In this document: positions 14,695-29,899 of the stretch, piece after piece
Layout: each line of letters begins with the position of its first letter
How positions within the stretch are numbered: the stretch's first letter is position 1
Assembly (NCBI RefSeq): GCF_001194135.2
Contig: NC_068981.1
Span: forward strand, 75,347,994 to 75,411,993
Direction of reading: 5' to 3'
DNA length: 64,000 bases
Source of the DNA: Octopus bimaculoides
Lineage: Eukaryota
Position numbers and translations under genes: made by a program
The notes under the pieces: model-generated
What the model saw: only the letters and a program-made list of their open reading frames with translations
What the model was told of the DNA's origin: nothing
The model's database searches: none

Positions 14695-14989
14695 GTATCT
14701 ATGTAATATATACAATTTAGTAACGAAATGAAAAACGACTGCTCAAGATCGGATAGGACATAATTCTATTTAAAGTAATTGTGTTATTTCACAATACCCA
14801 ATTGTTTTCTGGTGGAAACAACTGCAAACATTTTATGGACGGACGACACTCTGACATCCAAGTGCCGATGGAAATAGTGGAATGCCATTCGTTCTTCAAA
14901 TTACGTTTGACTGAATGCCAATGTTTCTGCATCTAAATCATGTTACTGAAAAATAATACAATTCGATCATGTACAAAAATAAAAAAAAC

Positions 14990-15357
14990 ACAGGCGTGGT
15001 TGTTTGGTAAGACTCTTCCTTCTCAATCAAATGGTTCCGGGTTCAGTGGCACCTTGAGCAATTGTCTTCTACTATGGCCTCGGGCAAACCCAAACTTTGT
15101 GAGTAGATTTAGTAGCTGGAAATTGAGAGAACCCCGTCGTGTGCATATATATATATTTATATAACGACAGATCGTTAAACACTACACACATTTTTTTCTC
15201 TCCTTGTTTCTTTCTGTGTTCCTTTCTGTGTTCCTTTCTGTGGAAGAGCGTATGCTCAAAACGTTAAAGACTTTTTCAATTCTCGAGCGTTATACTAATA
15301 CATCTGTTTGTTTTCTACACCACCTTTCTTCGTCTGTTGTTTTTTGTGAATTCTCCT

Positions 15358-15411
<54 letters not shown>

Positions 15412-15615
15412 TGTGATTGTCCACCTCCCATTGCTCGACAACCGATGGTGATGTGGTTATGTCCCTGTAAATTAGCTGTTTGGCATGAGAGACCGATAGA
15501 ATAAGTACTAGGCTTACAAAGAGTAAATCCTGGGGTCGATTTCTTCGATTAAAAGCCCCTTAAAGGCGGTGCACCAACATGGCCGAAGTTAAATGACTGA
15601 ACCGAGTAAAAGAAT
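14990..15615 (+). mobile_element. SINE family A copy with expanded internal repeat region
   Basis: 5' half caggcgtggttgtttggtaag...ggttccgggttcag...agctggaaattgagagaaccccgtcg; 3' half gctcgacaaccgatg...gaataagtactaggcttacaaag...catggccgaag...tgactga. Confidence 0.85.
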
Positions 15616-16652
15616 ACGCACGCAAACACATACCTATATACACACATACACACATGGTGATTTATAGAAATATATATGTTCATCTATACATGTAAGTATT
15701 TATACGTATTGAATAATATATCGGTATTGTAACTTAGTTCATATGTACTAGCGGGAATCAGTGATGAGAAATTAACAAACTACTGGTTAGTTCAGCTATG
15801 ATTATCACATGAAATAAAGCTGATTTTTGGAAGTTATGCAGCATAGATATTTGAAGTAACATAAAGCTTGTTTATTTCCCATCACTGCTTCGCGCCAGTA
15901 GTTATATATTTGTTCAGACCGGGTGGTCTAAGATTACAAAGTAGTTACTAGAATTGACTGATGAGTTACTTTTCTTTTCTATGCCCTGCTGAGGACATAA
16001 GTGCCAGTAATGCATCTAGAGGTACAGAAAGGGCACCACTTTGCTGATACTGGTATATTTACACCTTGTACCATAAGTGAAAAATTTTTCTCCGCAGTAA
16101 ACTGCAGTGAACTTTAGAAGTTACAATATGTCTCAAACGTGCTTACAGTAAACTAGGGTTGATTTTACACATACACACGCATACACATAAATCTTACACA
16201 TTTCCTAGTAGATGGTCTTTCTAATATCGTCATGTCTCTAAGATATGTACTGTTTCTGTATGTGTTTGCAAAATCTTCTTATTCATCGCACAAAATACAC
16301 AATGGCGGCGTATTGACACCTGTCCTAAATTTCACACTAATTGTCCAGAAGATTCGACACCGAGCTGCCATGATTAATCCTTCTGTCTCTTTTGTGAGAA
16401 ATCTCTTTTTCAACCAGTTCTAAGTGTGTAAGCTACTTTCCGTCTCACTATTCTTCATAAAGAAGTAAATATTTGAAGGTGTAAATATTTTCCATATAAC
16501 TGTTTTCCATTTTCTAGTACTTCACTACCTCATCTTTTATTTGTCCTTCATCTATCACAAACCTCCTCCTCATCAGCCTCTCCCTCCTCCTCCTCCTCAT
16601 CATCATCATAGTTATTATTATTATCATTATCATAATCATTATTATTATTATT

Positions 16653-17229
16653 GATTGACAAAGCAGTGCATGCCATTAAAGAGACACTGGTGTAAAATAT
16701 ACAAAGCTCAGAATACTCATCATGACTACTTGTGTAATAAGGTCACATCAGGCACATGCATCACAACCATATCTGCGCGACATGGTGATCTCATATCAAG
16801 ATAAACAGGTCATAACATCGCAGGCGGGGCTCGGAAACTTCTTCAGCTCAAGAAGCATATCCCGCTCAAAAGGTGCCTGAATAAGGGTCGTTCAATGATG
16901 TTGAAAGAAACACTCATGTTTCCACAGGTGAATTATCCAAACCCCAAAGAATTCCTCTCAACACATGGCTATGATGCTCCCCCACTACTTCTGATCGTGA
17001 TCAGAGATGTACATAGCGTCAGCCACCAAACGGCATGCTCAATTGTTTAAGGTCAAACAACTGACAAGCACATCTGTGGTATTGAGCAGAATGTTTGCTC
17101 TAGCCTATCATTTATACCAAGACAAAACAATGTACATGATAACACTTCCAATCAGTTAAGATCAGAAGACATGTGAGCCAGTGCCTGATGCTGCATCAGG
17201 GCATTTATACTGGATCAGGGCATGATACT
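16653..17229 (-). mobile_element. Unclassified approx. 580-bp repeat flanked by (TAA)n, probable non-autonomous retroposon
   Basis: Bases 16653-16970 align with 18137-18456 (shared caggcacatgcatcacaaccata, gacatggtgatctcatatcaagataaacag and ccccaaagaa..cctctcaacacatg). Both ends abut (TAT)n. No convincing ORF. Orientation is inferred from the truncation of the second copy. Confidence 0.65.
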
Positions 17230-17245
17230 ATTATTATCATTATTA

Positions 17246-17285
<40 letters not shown>

Positions 17286-17287
17286 CA

Positions 17288-18061
<774 letters not shown>

Positions 18062-18069
18062 TGTTGTTG

Positions 18070-18122
<53 letters not shown>

Positions 18123-18136
18123 TTATTATTATTATT

Positions 18137-18456
18137 GAGTGAGAGAGCAGTGGATGCCATCAAAGTGACACTGGGGTAAAATATACGAAGCCCAGTATAC
18201 CCATCATGACTACCCGTCTGATTAGGGTACACCAGGCACATGCATCACAACCATATGTGCGTGACATGGTGATCTCATATCAAGATAAACAGCACATGAC
18301 CTCGCAGGTGGGGCACAGTTAGAATTTTTTCAGGTCGAGTAGCCCATTCCGCTCAAAAGGTCCCTGAATAAGGTTTGCTTAAGGATGTTGAGCAAAACAC
18401 CCATGTTTCCAAAGGTGAATTATTCAAACCCCAAAGAACTCCTCTCAACACATGAC
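18137..18456 (-). mobile_element. Second, truncated copy of the TAA-flanked unclassified repeat
   Basis: Colinear with 16653-16970; bounded by (TAT)n on both sides. Confidence 0.65.
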
Positions 18457-18492
<36 letters not shown>

Positions 18493-19228
18493 CATTATTA
18501 TTATTATTATTATACCTCGCTTTTAGCTAAATTTGCTATTAAACATAATTTTTTATATGTTATCAATAATACACCATATAAAAACAAGTGAGTGTAGATA
18601 AGTGATAAGGCCTTAATTTAATCACCCGCTCTCTCTTTCAGAAGTTTTTAATAGTTAATAATTGAGTCGACATTTATACATCATATTTTCAACCATATAG
18701 ATTTTAAACTATAGAGAATTATCTTTTTCATGACGTTTGTTGTAAATCCCTTTAAAATCGGAAGTGATTCTTAACTGAATTGAAATATGAAATTGATAAT
18801 AAGCATAAATTTCCCATATTAAGTTTCTTTCCATTGATCGTAGACGTTTGATTATATCTATAATTTATATTAGTTGATAAAATAGATTATATGATACACA
18901 TATACACACCCTAGTCAGAGACAAATACACGCACGCACATATACAAACACGAACACACACACACGATCTCACAGACATACACATGCACATACACACATAC
19001 GTGCGTATGTGTTGAATCGTTTGCGTACGTTTCTATGTAGACATCTATATATATATATATATTTATATTGATTAAAGATTAGCAATTAAATCACTTAATG
19101 AAAGGATTGCAGCGATAACGTATAAAACATTCGATTGTTATATATATGTATGTGTGTATAACACATGTGTGTGTTTCTGTATATATATACAGACACATAA
19201 ACACATACATACACACACGCACGAACAC

Positions 19229-19266
<38 letters not shown>

Positions 19267-19894
19267 TCTCTACGTTTTTCTTCGTTCCCTCTCCATTTTT
19301 TTCCTCTCAATCCTTTCTGTCATAGGACGTCAAATTAACACACCTGCCTGTTGATCCCACACCGTCTTCGTCATTTGTTTTCTATAAATTTGAACTATAC
19401 GTATATATAAATTGTTGTTGAAAATGCACCTGAATTTGAGAAAATTTGTAATTCCCTCTCCATTTTTTATTTATTTATATACGAAACTAGTTTCAACAAT
19501 ATTTTTTTATCAATCGTAAAACTTTAAAATTGCGAAGTAGAAAAACATATTCAAAAAATTCAGTGTTTACAAAATTCAATAATATCAAATATGATCTAAG
19601 TGTCCACGACATTCAATAATATAAAAAAATTATGGATCATCCTGTTTAAATGCACAAAGTTCAATAATGGTTGAAGTGATCAATAAGAAATGCGGATCCC
19701 CAAAGGTTCGGTCATACCGAGTTAAGAGGGAGAAAAGCAAGGGAGAAATGAAGATAGTAAAAATTAAAAGGGGTTACAGTTTCTGTGATTCTTCGTCCGT
19801 CGTGTGCAGGGATTTTCGCTTGTGACGGCGTTTCTTAAAACGTATATTCATCGTGTTTCTCTTGCATATCAACACAAAATTGCTTGTGTTTTTG

Positions 19895-19975
19895 CTTCTC
19901 ATCTGTCTTTAAGACCCTACAATTATATCACTAAGCATTTCGATCGGTGGACTAAGGATTCTGCCAGCTCGCCGC
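19895..19975 (-). mobile_element. SINE family B, 5' fragment
   Basis: Reverse complement reads ggcgagctggcagaatccttagtccaccgatcgaaatgcttag. Confidence 0.6.
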
Positions 19976-20719
19976 TACTTACATTCACACTTACTTACAT
20001 ACGTACATACATATATGCATAAATACATACATACATGTAAACATGAATATATACATACAGGTATCAACATAGCGATTGAGAAAGAAGGGGGTGTTAAGAG
20101 CAATAAAATGCAGTTATGGAAAGACAAATACGTTTTGTAAATGCATTTGTTAATAGAAACAATATATGTGTGCATGTTAGTGCGTTGTATATATGCAGTT
20201 ACTCGAATATACATATTCGTGTGTTTCTATGTCACTATGAGTCCTTCGTATTTAGTGAGCAAAAGAAAGAAAAAGTGCTGAGCTAGAGATTATACGTTCG
20301 TAGACGCGGGCGTCTCCGCGCTCTCTACTTGTCTCCTGTTCTCCCTTTTACCGTCAATATACTTGATTCTCTCACTATATAAATATATATGTTCACTCGC
20401 GTGCGTGTGGTGTGAGTGTGTAGTGTGTGTGCGTGTTGTGTGTGTAGTGTGTGTGTGTGTGTGTGGTATGTGTGTATGTTTATGTTCCTATATCTGTATT
20501 ATACATATGCTTAAGCATGTATATATGTATATATGTTTATATAAAAATATACATATGTGAATACACACATATGTATATATATATACATATATATACATNN
20601 NNNNNNNNNNNNNNNNNNNNNNNNNNNNNNNNNNNNNNNNNNNNNNNNNNNNNNNNNNNNNNNNNNNNNNNNNNNNNNNNNNNNNNNNNNNNNNNNNNCA
20701 CCCCACACATAGTACAATC

Positions 20720-23700
20720 CCTCCATTCACTTTTAAGACCAGCTGCTAACTGACAGTGTTTAGAACACACGTGAAAGGTATTATTCAAGTTTCTTCTGCA
20801 TCTTTACCCTTTGGAATCTGATTCTGAAGGAAGGTTTTGAGAACTAGCATATATCTTTTAAGTCTAGATATTGTCTTACAAGATTCGTGACGTGACACAA
20901 GTCGTAAAAAGGCGCTTGGTATTCAAAATTATTACCTACCTGAGCATTTCGATTTTCATGTGGCTTCATATGATTCACGTATCCTGCTTTTGACAACAGA
21001 GCACGATCACGCATAATACATATCCCATGTTCACTGTTGATTTCAATTCCAACTGTTCGTTAGCGACAGGCCCCTTTAAGCTCAGTGTGCTGAATCATCT
21101 TTTCCTCCCAGACGTTGCAACTAATCCTAATAGCACTTCCGATCCAGAACATCAATTTCCCAATCACTTTTTGTTCATAACGAATTTCTTCAGCTTATCC
21201 TTAACACAGTCTTTATACCTTTTCCTTGGCTTATGCTGTGGTCGCTTACCAGAGTTGAGCACATCATAAAAAAGACGCTTTGGCAATCGCTTATCTTTCA
21301 TTCTAATAACATGTCCAGTCCATCTAATTTGTGACACGATAACATGTTATTCGATTGAGTTACAACGGACCATGCGCAAATACACTGTATCTGGTATGAA
21401 ACATTCTCACTTGACTCCCTGAGGCACTTTTGATGAAATCTCTCCAGCATTTTCATTTTGACGCCTATAAGTGGTCCATTTATCATTCGAATAAGGAAAT
21501 GCAGTCAATACACACGTTTTATAGACACTGATTTTTGTCTGCAGGAAAATGCCTCAGTCCGCCCATACTCGTTTTCGAGCTTTCCAAATGCTAGACTTCC
21601 TTTCTCTTTTCGATAGTATATCTCTGCATCAAGATCTCCATCTCTTGAGACTGTGCTTCCAAAGTAAACAAAGGTGTCAATGACTTCTAACCTTGTTCAA
21701 TTCACAAAAATGCTTGGTTCAGAATATGTTTGTCCTGGCACTGAAGGAAGCATTACTTTTGTTTTCCCAAATACATACATACACACATGTATACGTACAT
21801 ACATACATACATACATACATACATACATACATACGTACATACATACATGCATTTAAACATTGCAAAACCAAGACAGAAAACATCAAGCACATTATTGCCA
21901 ACTGTAAGAGAATGTCTTCCAGATATCATCGTTCCATCAGGTATAATGCGGTGGTCAAAACGGTTTGGAAGAGGATAACAAAAAGAAAGTACATACAAAC
22001 AATGTTAACCATACATACATATATATACATATATATATACATACATACATATAACTACATACTGGCATACATACATCCAAACATGAGCAGCAAGGTATAA
22101 ATGTTTTATGGGTATTGAATGGGCAGACAAGCGAATTTGACAAAAATGTACAGAATGTTCTTTCATTAATGAAAATAGCGAATTTCTTTTACCCATTGGG
22201 AGAATGAGCTACATTCAAATTGAGCGAAATACAAACCTTTGAAATGATCTGATCTTGCTCCAATCTTCGAGAGAGCACTTAGAAAGGCAAAAGGAAAATA
22301 CGCGCAGTAATGGCATAAACACGAGTCACGATTGAATATTTAAACTGATCTGTGAACAAAAGCTGGTTCAATTTGCATTGAAACGTTGACCAGTGAGCTT
22401 ACTGCCTTTGTTAACTAATCATATATGATTAATGTCACACTATTCAGCCTTCAGCTAATGGTTGCTCTAATCTTTAGTACTGCCTAACACCTGACACGAA
22501 TTACAAATATACATTAAACGTGATTACGTTCGCTACTGAATACTGATCGAAGTGAAACACGACGAAATAGCTACGCTGCATCATAAACCTGAACGCAGAT
22601 ATGCTTTGACTATATTCCTGGTCTGCATTCAATATTTGAATATTGGGTCTCTGTTCGTTTATATAACTATTCTCTTTCATTCGATTGAATTTCATCAATC
22701 CTTCGAAGGTAAAAGATCTTTCACATATGATGTTAGTTGTATCAACTTACCATTTTAAAGGAAAATAATATTTTACCTAAAGAACAAGTTTTGACGTATA
22801 TTTCAAAACTGATATAATGTATTTTCTTTGATTTTATTATATAATCTTTACATAATACTTTCAGTTAAAATTCAGATGTTTTTGATAAAAAATCTGTATA
22901 TGTACAGGAACATATCCAATATTTGAAAGTGCAAGAAAATAATGTTCTGTCTTCGGAATACAAACTTTTGTTATAAATATCCATTGCTAAACACTTTAAA
23001 TACATAAATGATAACACTGTAAAAAAATTTAAATATAGAAAGTTGTATAATTATTAATTTAAGAATTTGAAATTAACATAAACACATGAGGATATTGTTA
23101 ATAGTAACGATAAGTGCTTGTCAATGTAACTTTTCATTGAAAAAGAAGCTATTTCAGACTGTAGCTTTTGTATTTTCAACAATAACCATGGTAATTGATA
23201 TGAGACGACCTTCATCTTTATTTAACAGTTCGTACATTTTTTTACATTAATAAATTTCTTCATCGTATTTTGTAGGTGTGTAAGCACGAGCGGTTGACAA
23301 TTGTCCACTATATTTTGCCATTTCGTAAACAGTTGTTGCTCTACAAGACTTAACAAAAATTAATTGTTGAGTCAAAAAGCATGTCTGTGCAGCAAAATAA
23401 CTATGAAAGCACACGCTGTAGCTTTATAAGAGATAGGCAATAGCTGGTATCTTCCCATGACATACACAAAAAATGGAACCTCAAGGGCCAAATATATTTG
23501 CACATAGATATCAGCGTAAACAAGTAAAATCAACGGACGGTGGGGGGGGAGATTCAGAGATGAACTAAATATGCTATTACCAGGAATTAGAATTAAGCAA
23601 AGCCCCACATTTTGTAGTGCGACAGTACAAAAGAAAAGAGAAAATGAATATCATTTTATGTTATAAAAAACTACCAAAATTATCATAAACAAAACAACAG

Positions 23701-24060
23701 CAAAATATATAAAACTCCAGAATTAAATTAACTTCCTTATTATGCTTTGTAAGGCAGTCTGCCTTTTAGTTAGTCACACATTGTCAAAAGACAATCTACG
23801 TCTTTTAGCTATTATCAGATATGCACACAGCACGTTGTATTCGATCACACCAAAAAATATCTAGCATTGGTAATTACGTTAACCAGTACTACCAACTTAG
23901 CTGCCGGGTGGTCAGCAACTAAATCGGCAACACCCCTCTAGGATATCACACTCGTATATGGAGCTTAAAGGAACAATCTGCTGCGACAGATATATCATTA
24001 CAAGTCTACAAAGGATGATGAAATACAAAAGACAAATGTTGTCCATCGGACTTACATTAT
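20720..24060 (-). pseudogene. Decayed TLR-like remnant 6 (N-terminus, LRRs, LRRCT; TIR not found)
   Basis: MDNICLLYFIILC...ECDILEGCCRFSC (ORF 23912-24127); FQILDM (about 22920); LKVLCKDYIIKSKKIHYISF (22805-22863); IKHLYLAAH (ORF 22005-22196); IIPDGTMISGRHSL (ORF 21753-21998); NNTFHVCSKHC (ORF 20537-20788, LRRCT-like). Confidence 0.55.
21050..21715 (-). mobile_element. RTE-clade LINE, 3' fragment of ORF2
   Basis: Minus strand: IDTFVYFGSTVSRDGDLDAEI, TKISVYKTCVL, LERFHQKCLR, RWTGHVIRMKDKRLPKRLFY, GKRPQHKPRKRYKDCVK (joined across frameshifts). Confidence 0.9.
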
Positions 24061-24227
24061 GTTTTTTTAGTCGTGCATTTTTTACTATGTTAGCTAGTTT
24101 TGACCGGTTTCTTCTTCTCACTGACATAATGGATTTGCTGTCCCTCTACGCCAAGGAAACCTAGTCAAGAGACGTGGCATTGTGTAAAGACTTCCCAAGC
24201 TGGATTATATAGTCCTTGTCTAAAGTT

Positions 24228-24416
24228 GTCATCATCATCGTCGTCGACATTGGCGTCATTGTCATCGTTGTTATCGTCGTTGTCGCCATCGTCATCGTTG
24301 TCTTCGTCGTCGTCATCGTTGTTATCATTGACTTTGTCGTCGTCTTCGACGTCATCTTCGTCTTCGTCAACGACGTCATCTTCATCGTCGTCATCATCGT
24401 CATCTTCGTCCTCATT
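24228..24416. repeat. Cryptic (TCG/TCA/TCT)n trinucleotide repeat
   Basis: Mixed tcatcg/tcgtcg/tcttcg units; source of the poly-D and poly-S ORFs. Confidence 0.85.
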
Positions 24417-27400
24417 AAGCATTTTCAGAAACGAGAGGCTTTTATCATTACTTACAAACAACAAATTCAAAATAAAACATACAATATCTCCATATAAAAA
24501 CATTCATTTTGAAGCATCTGCAAAAAACAACTTCGTGACATCATTCCGTCATTAATATAGGAGATTTGGTTCATGAGAATCTTCCAAATATATTCAATGA
24601 AAAGAACAAATTCTTCAATATCTATGCATCTTTTCGCAAATAATCAATAAACTACCCGCTACTTCCCCAACTTAGTGAAATTATGAACCCCATTCGTCTT
24701 TTAATTGCAGTGTGGATTATAGTGCTTGATATATTAATAATTCAGACAGCAAATTGCTTAAACCATTATGGTGAGTAACATGTATTTAGCCTAAGGCAAC
24801 AATTTACTGTCTAATCATTAAACTTACAAAATATCAAGTTTGTTGTTTTAAATGTTGGACTAAATTAAGAAAATCATTTTTCTTCTTATGTTTTGTTCAT
24901 ATACTACGACTGAGATAGTTATTCAAAACTTCTACGTATGCGCACGCGGAGACATTTACTTTAATATGGAACCACGATGGGAAGCTGACAAATTTGGCAC
25001 ATAACAATGCACAATTTCATATTAGCCAACTTGAAGGAAATCATTTCATACAATAATATATGCTGATCATTGTGAGAAAAGCATAAGATCTAATACCAAT
25101 ATCATATGCATGCGTGCCAATTTATTTGAATTTTCCTGAAATGCCAACTACAATATATTTTTAACTTCTTGAAATATGTATATGGTACACATTTGAAACC
25201 TGCTGAATGTTGTTTCTCTTCAGAAACGGAAAATAATAAAAATAATATTGTCTTTTATCTGCAAAACAATGAGCCAGCTGTAAAGTATCGACATAAAGGT
25301 GGTAAGCTTTATTACATCTCAGGTTTTATTGCAATTTGAAGCAGTTATTGACATTATATGTCACTCGTTTAGATAAGAATCATATTTTCAATTTACTTTC
25401 TCCGTATTTCTATCTTTTATGTGGCATGAAATATCACATACTGTGCTTAGAATGCATTTGTCTGGAATCAATGTCCAGTGCAAGTCTTGGAAACACGAGT
25501 AATTTTTAAAGAGCACATTTATCATTCTAGATCATAGCAGTTATTTTGTAAATATCTTTTCTCCAGAACCTTTCTTCTTGCATATATTTATAAAATTGAC
25601 AATTGTATTTAGTTTTTGTCCAAGGTTATATATCTAGACAATGCTTACATCATTTTGTGTAACATACAAAAACGTTTCAGCCTAAAACGTTTCGCATATC
25701 CTTCTATGATATTCAACAAACAGATTCATTTGCCAATGGTTGAATTTTTTAATTGTCCAAATAGTCTGTTATATTTTGAAGTTGTGTCTGACATCGGGTT
25801 GCTGCATTTACCTACATAATATCAGTTTACAACACACACAGTGTTGCACGAACACCAGAAATGTTGTGGTTCAATCTTCAGCATCTGGTTGTAAAAGTTG
25901 ACCAGTGAACAATTGTATGGCAATGTCTCGCTAATTGACTAATTACATAGGAGGAAGTAGACGGCAAATTTCTGGACATTGATTATAGCACAGCGATTTG
26001 TGTTAGACAAATCATAACCCAACAACCGACTCATGGGAGTTTCAACAGTCGATGTCCCTTTAAAGCAATAATATTTATGGAGGACACTGTTGCCGCTGAT
26101 GAAATTAGAACACAGAGTACTCCGATGTTGAAACAAGATGTGTGGCACAACTGTCATCGGAGCTAATAAAGAGGTAGTTGCAGTGGGTAGATGATGATGA
26201 TGATTCTTGTGTGTATGTGAAGATTAAATAGCGATGCGACTTAAAGATATATATTGAATAGATTTTAATTTAGTGATTTTTTTCGCAGTTGCCATCAGTA
26301 GATTTCTTGATAACGAAATAATGAAATATATTTGCTCTATAGCGAATTAAATTAGCACAGTGTTTATGCTTCATGTTGCCTCACAGTTCTGAATATGAAA
26401 ATTATCTTTGAAATCATATAATTGCAATCATATTTAAAATTTGTCTTTCATCTTATTATAGTCAATACAAGAATATAGTAACTCTTTCATTGGCGTCCAG
26501 AAGAAGCATTGCCTCTAGCGAAGTAGTTACCTTATAAAATCTGGTATGTGAAGTCCTATGCTAATAAATGCGAATTTCTGTGCGTGTATGCGCATAATTT
26601 CCAGGTTAATGGATAAGTGAAACAATTTCACCCAAAGCAGGAATATAGACCCTTTCAATCTAAATCTGTAAACATACATATTAGAAATGTGTTACATATC
26701 GATACCAAGACAGAAATATGGCAAAATAAGGTGGGAAATTAGGATAAAATGATATATAGAAAACAAAATAAAAAAAACAAATTAGCGGAAACCTGTGGAT
26801 TTCTAGAGAAAAATGAAGAATGATCCAGTAATATGTTAACTTTTTTTCATTTAGTGAAATTTAAGTATCGACAAATTTTTAAAAAGCAGCGGTACCAAAA
26901 TTCCAGAAAATCGGGGAAAATTTCGAATCGACAAATTGTCAGATAATAAATAACTTTATACAAATAAAAACAATTATTGTTATCTCGTATCTTATTTTTA
27001 TAGGTTATTCAATCTCATAATCGTACATTAGGCTAATGGCCCAACATAAGTCAGCAACTTTTGGAAATACATAAAGACAAAGACTACTTGCATCTTCCGC
27101 GAAAAGGGTGGAGCAGTATTTAATCCAGAAAAACGAACATGGGCGGTCAAAAGCTGGAATACGAAGATAATGTATGGCACCAAGAGAAGGGAGGTAGTGT
27201 TATAATATTCTAAGAGGAGAGGGTTAGAATTTAAGTTTAATAATTACTGATGCGATACGAGAGTGTAGCGATTAAGCGATAATTGAAATTTTCATGAAAT
27301 ATGTTTGTTAACCAATGTCTCTCGATTCATTACAATAGATAATACCAATAATTGTTGGGGGTGAGTTTTACCAGATTCGGCTACGTCCCTGGTCTTTAGG

Positions 27401-27494
27401 TTTTGTGATTTTGTGATTGCTTTTATTCAATCTAGATCTATGTTGCATTGTTTATTCCGAAGAAAATCCAAGTTTTTATACGATTTTAGCAATG

Positions 27495-27534
<40 letters not shown>

Positions 27535-28500
27535 GATCTTAAAAAGACTGCCTGCTGGCCGTGCTAAGTGATATTATGTCCAATGAGAGATAAACTTACT
27601 TTTTCAGTTTCTCCGACATGAAACTATGCATATTTTTATTGAATTTTCACTGTAGCTATGGGGAAGATTCTCAATAGTGATATGAATTAATATCTCGGAG
27701 ATTCACTTGTTAGGATGTGACATACAGGTGGGGATACATAACGCGTTGTTCCTCCGTCGCGCTGTGAAAAGAATTAATGTTGCTTTGCCTGAAGTCATCG
27801 ATATGGAGAAGAAATTTCAAATTTTCTGAGTTACAAATTATACGGAATGATGTGGATAGCTTGATGCAGTTAAAACACGTGGTAAGCTCAGAAAATGAAA
27901 TTAATAGGAAGTGTGTTTGGTTCACAGTTTCAAAGTACTGTTAAATATACTATGAACTATAGTTTTCCGAGGAAAACAAGTATTTGCTTATGATAGAATC
28001 TAAATTCTTTCTTAGCTAATTAGTATGTATGTAGGAAAGTTATACAATATGTTCTTTATATTATTATTATAATGCTATTAATGTAATTTTAGAATATTTA
28101 AGGAAACCATCGTTAAAACGGCCGGATGAGTATAATTTCGAAGTGTATAGTCTTTCGAGTAGGATCTTGAAATCTGCGATGTCAGACAGCAAACGAAATT
28201 TTATTAAGAATAGAAAATAATGTTCAAATGCAGATTATCGTTTTAAAGGACATATTCCCAATCACTAAAACTTGTACCATTCCATCGCATTGAGTAGAAA
28301 TACAACACGGAATAAAATAACGAAAGTTTAACGATGAAGCCTTAATTCAAAGAAGCAGATGTAAGATGATCAGTGTAAAAATGGGACAAATACGGGAATC
28401 TTTTCTTCTCTATGTTCATAAAGGATGAAAGCAAACAAAAACAAAATCAAATACAGATAAAAATACATATTGGAAATGTCAATTAATTTCTCAGTTTTAA
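24400..28500 (-). pseudogene. Decayed TLR-like remnant 7 (long LRR tract - TIR)
   Basis: TIR: KDEW/VHN (24681-24701) and MSRSCFLQMLQNECFYME (about 24490-24545). LRRs: FQHRSTLCSNFISGNS and YDLSNT (ORF 25939-26157), KELLYSCIDYNKM (about 26470), NLKFLLHIDDFRQSNI (ORF 27710-27925). Confidence 0.55.
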
Positions 28501-28595
28501 AAGAGACGGTATAATTTATGAGTGTTACCTGTTATATGTTTTCAGTTATTAAGTTCAATAGAAAGAAAATTAGAGCCATCTGCTTGTCTGTCGAT

Positions 28596-29862
<1,267 letters not shown>

Positions 29863-29899
29863 CGAATATGTATGTGCGTATATATATGTATGGTAGGAA

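Noticed and set aside
21855-21995. Initially read as a continuation of the RTE fragment
   Set aside because: No RT motifs; the translation IIPDGTMISGRHSL fits an LRR of remnant 6 better.
24165-24555. Acidic poly-D ORF and overlapping poly-S / poly-V ORFs
   Set aside because: Explained by a cryptic trinucleotide repeat that is open in several frames on both strands.
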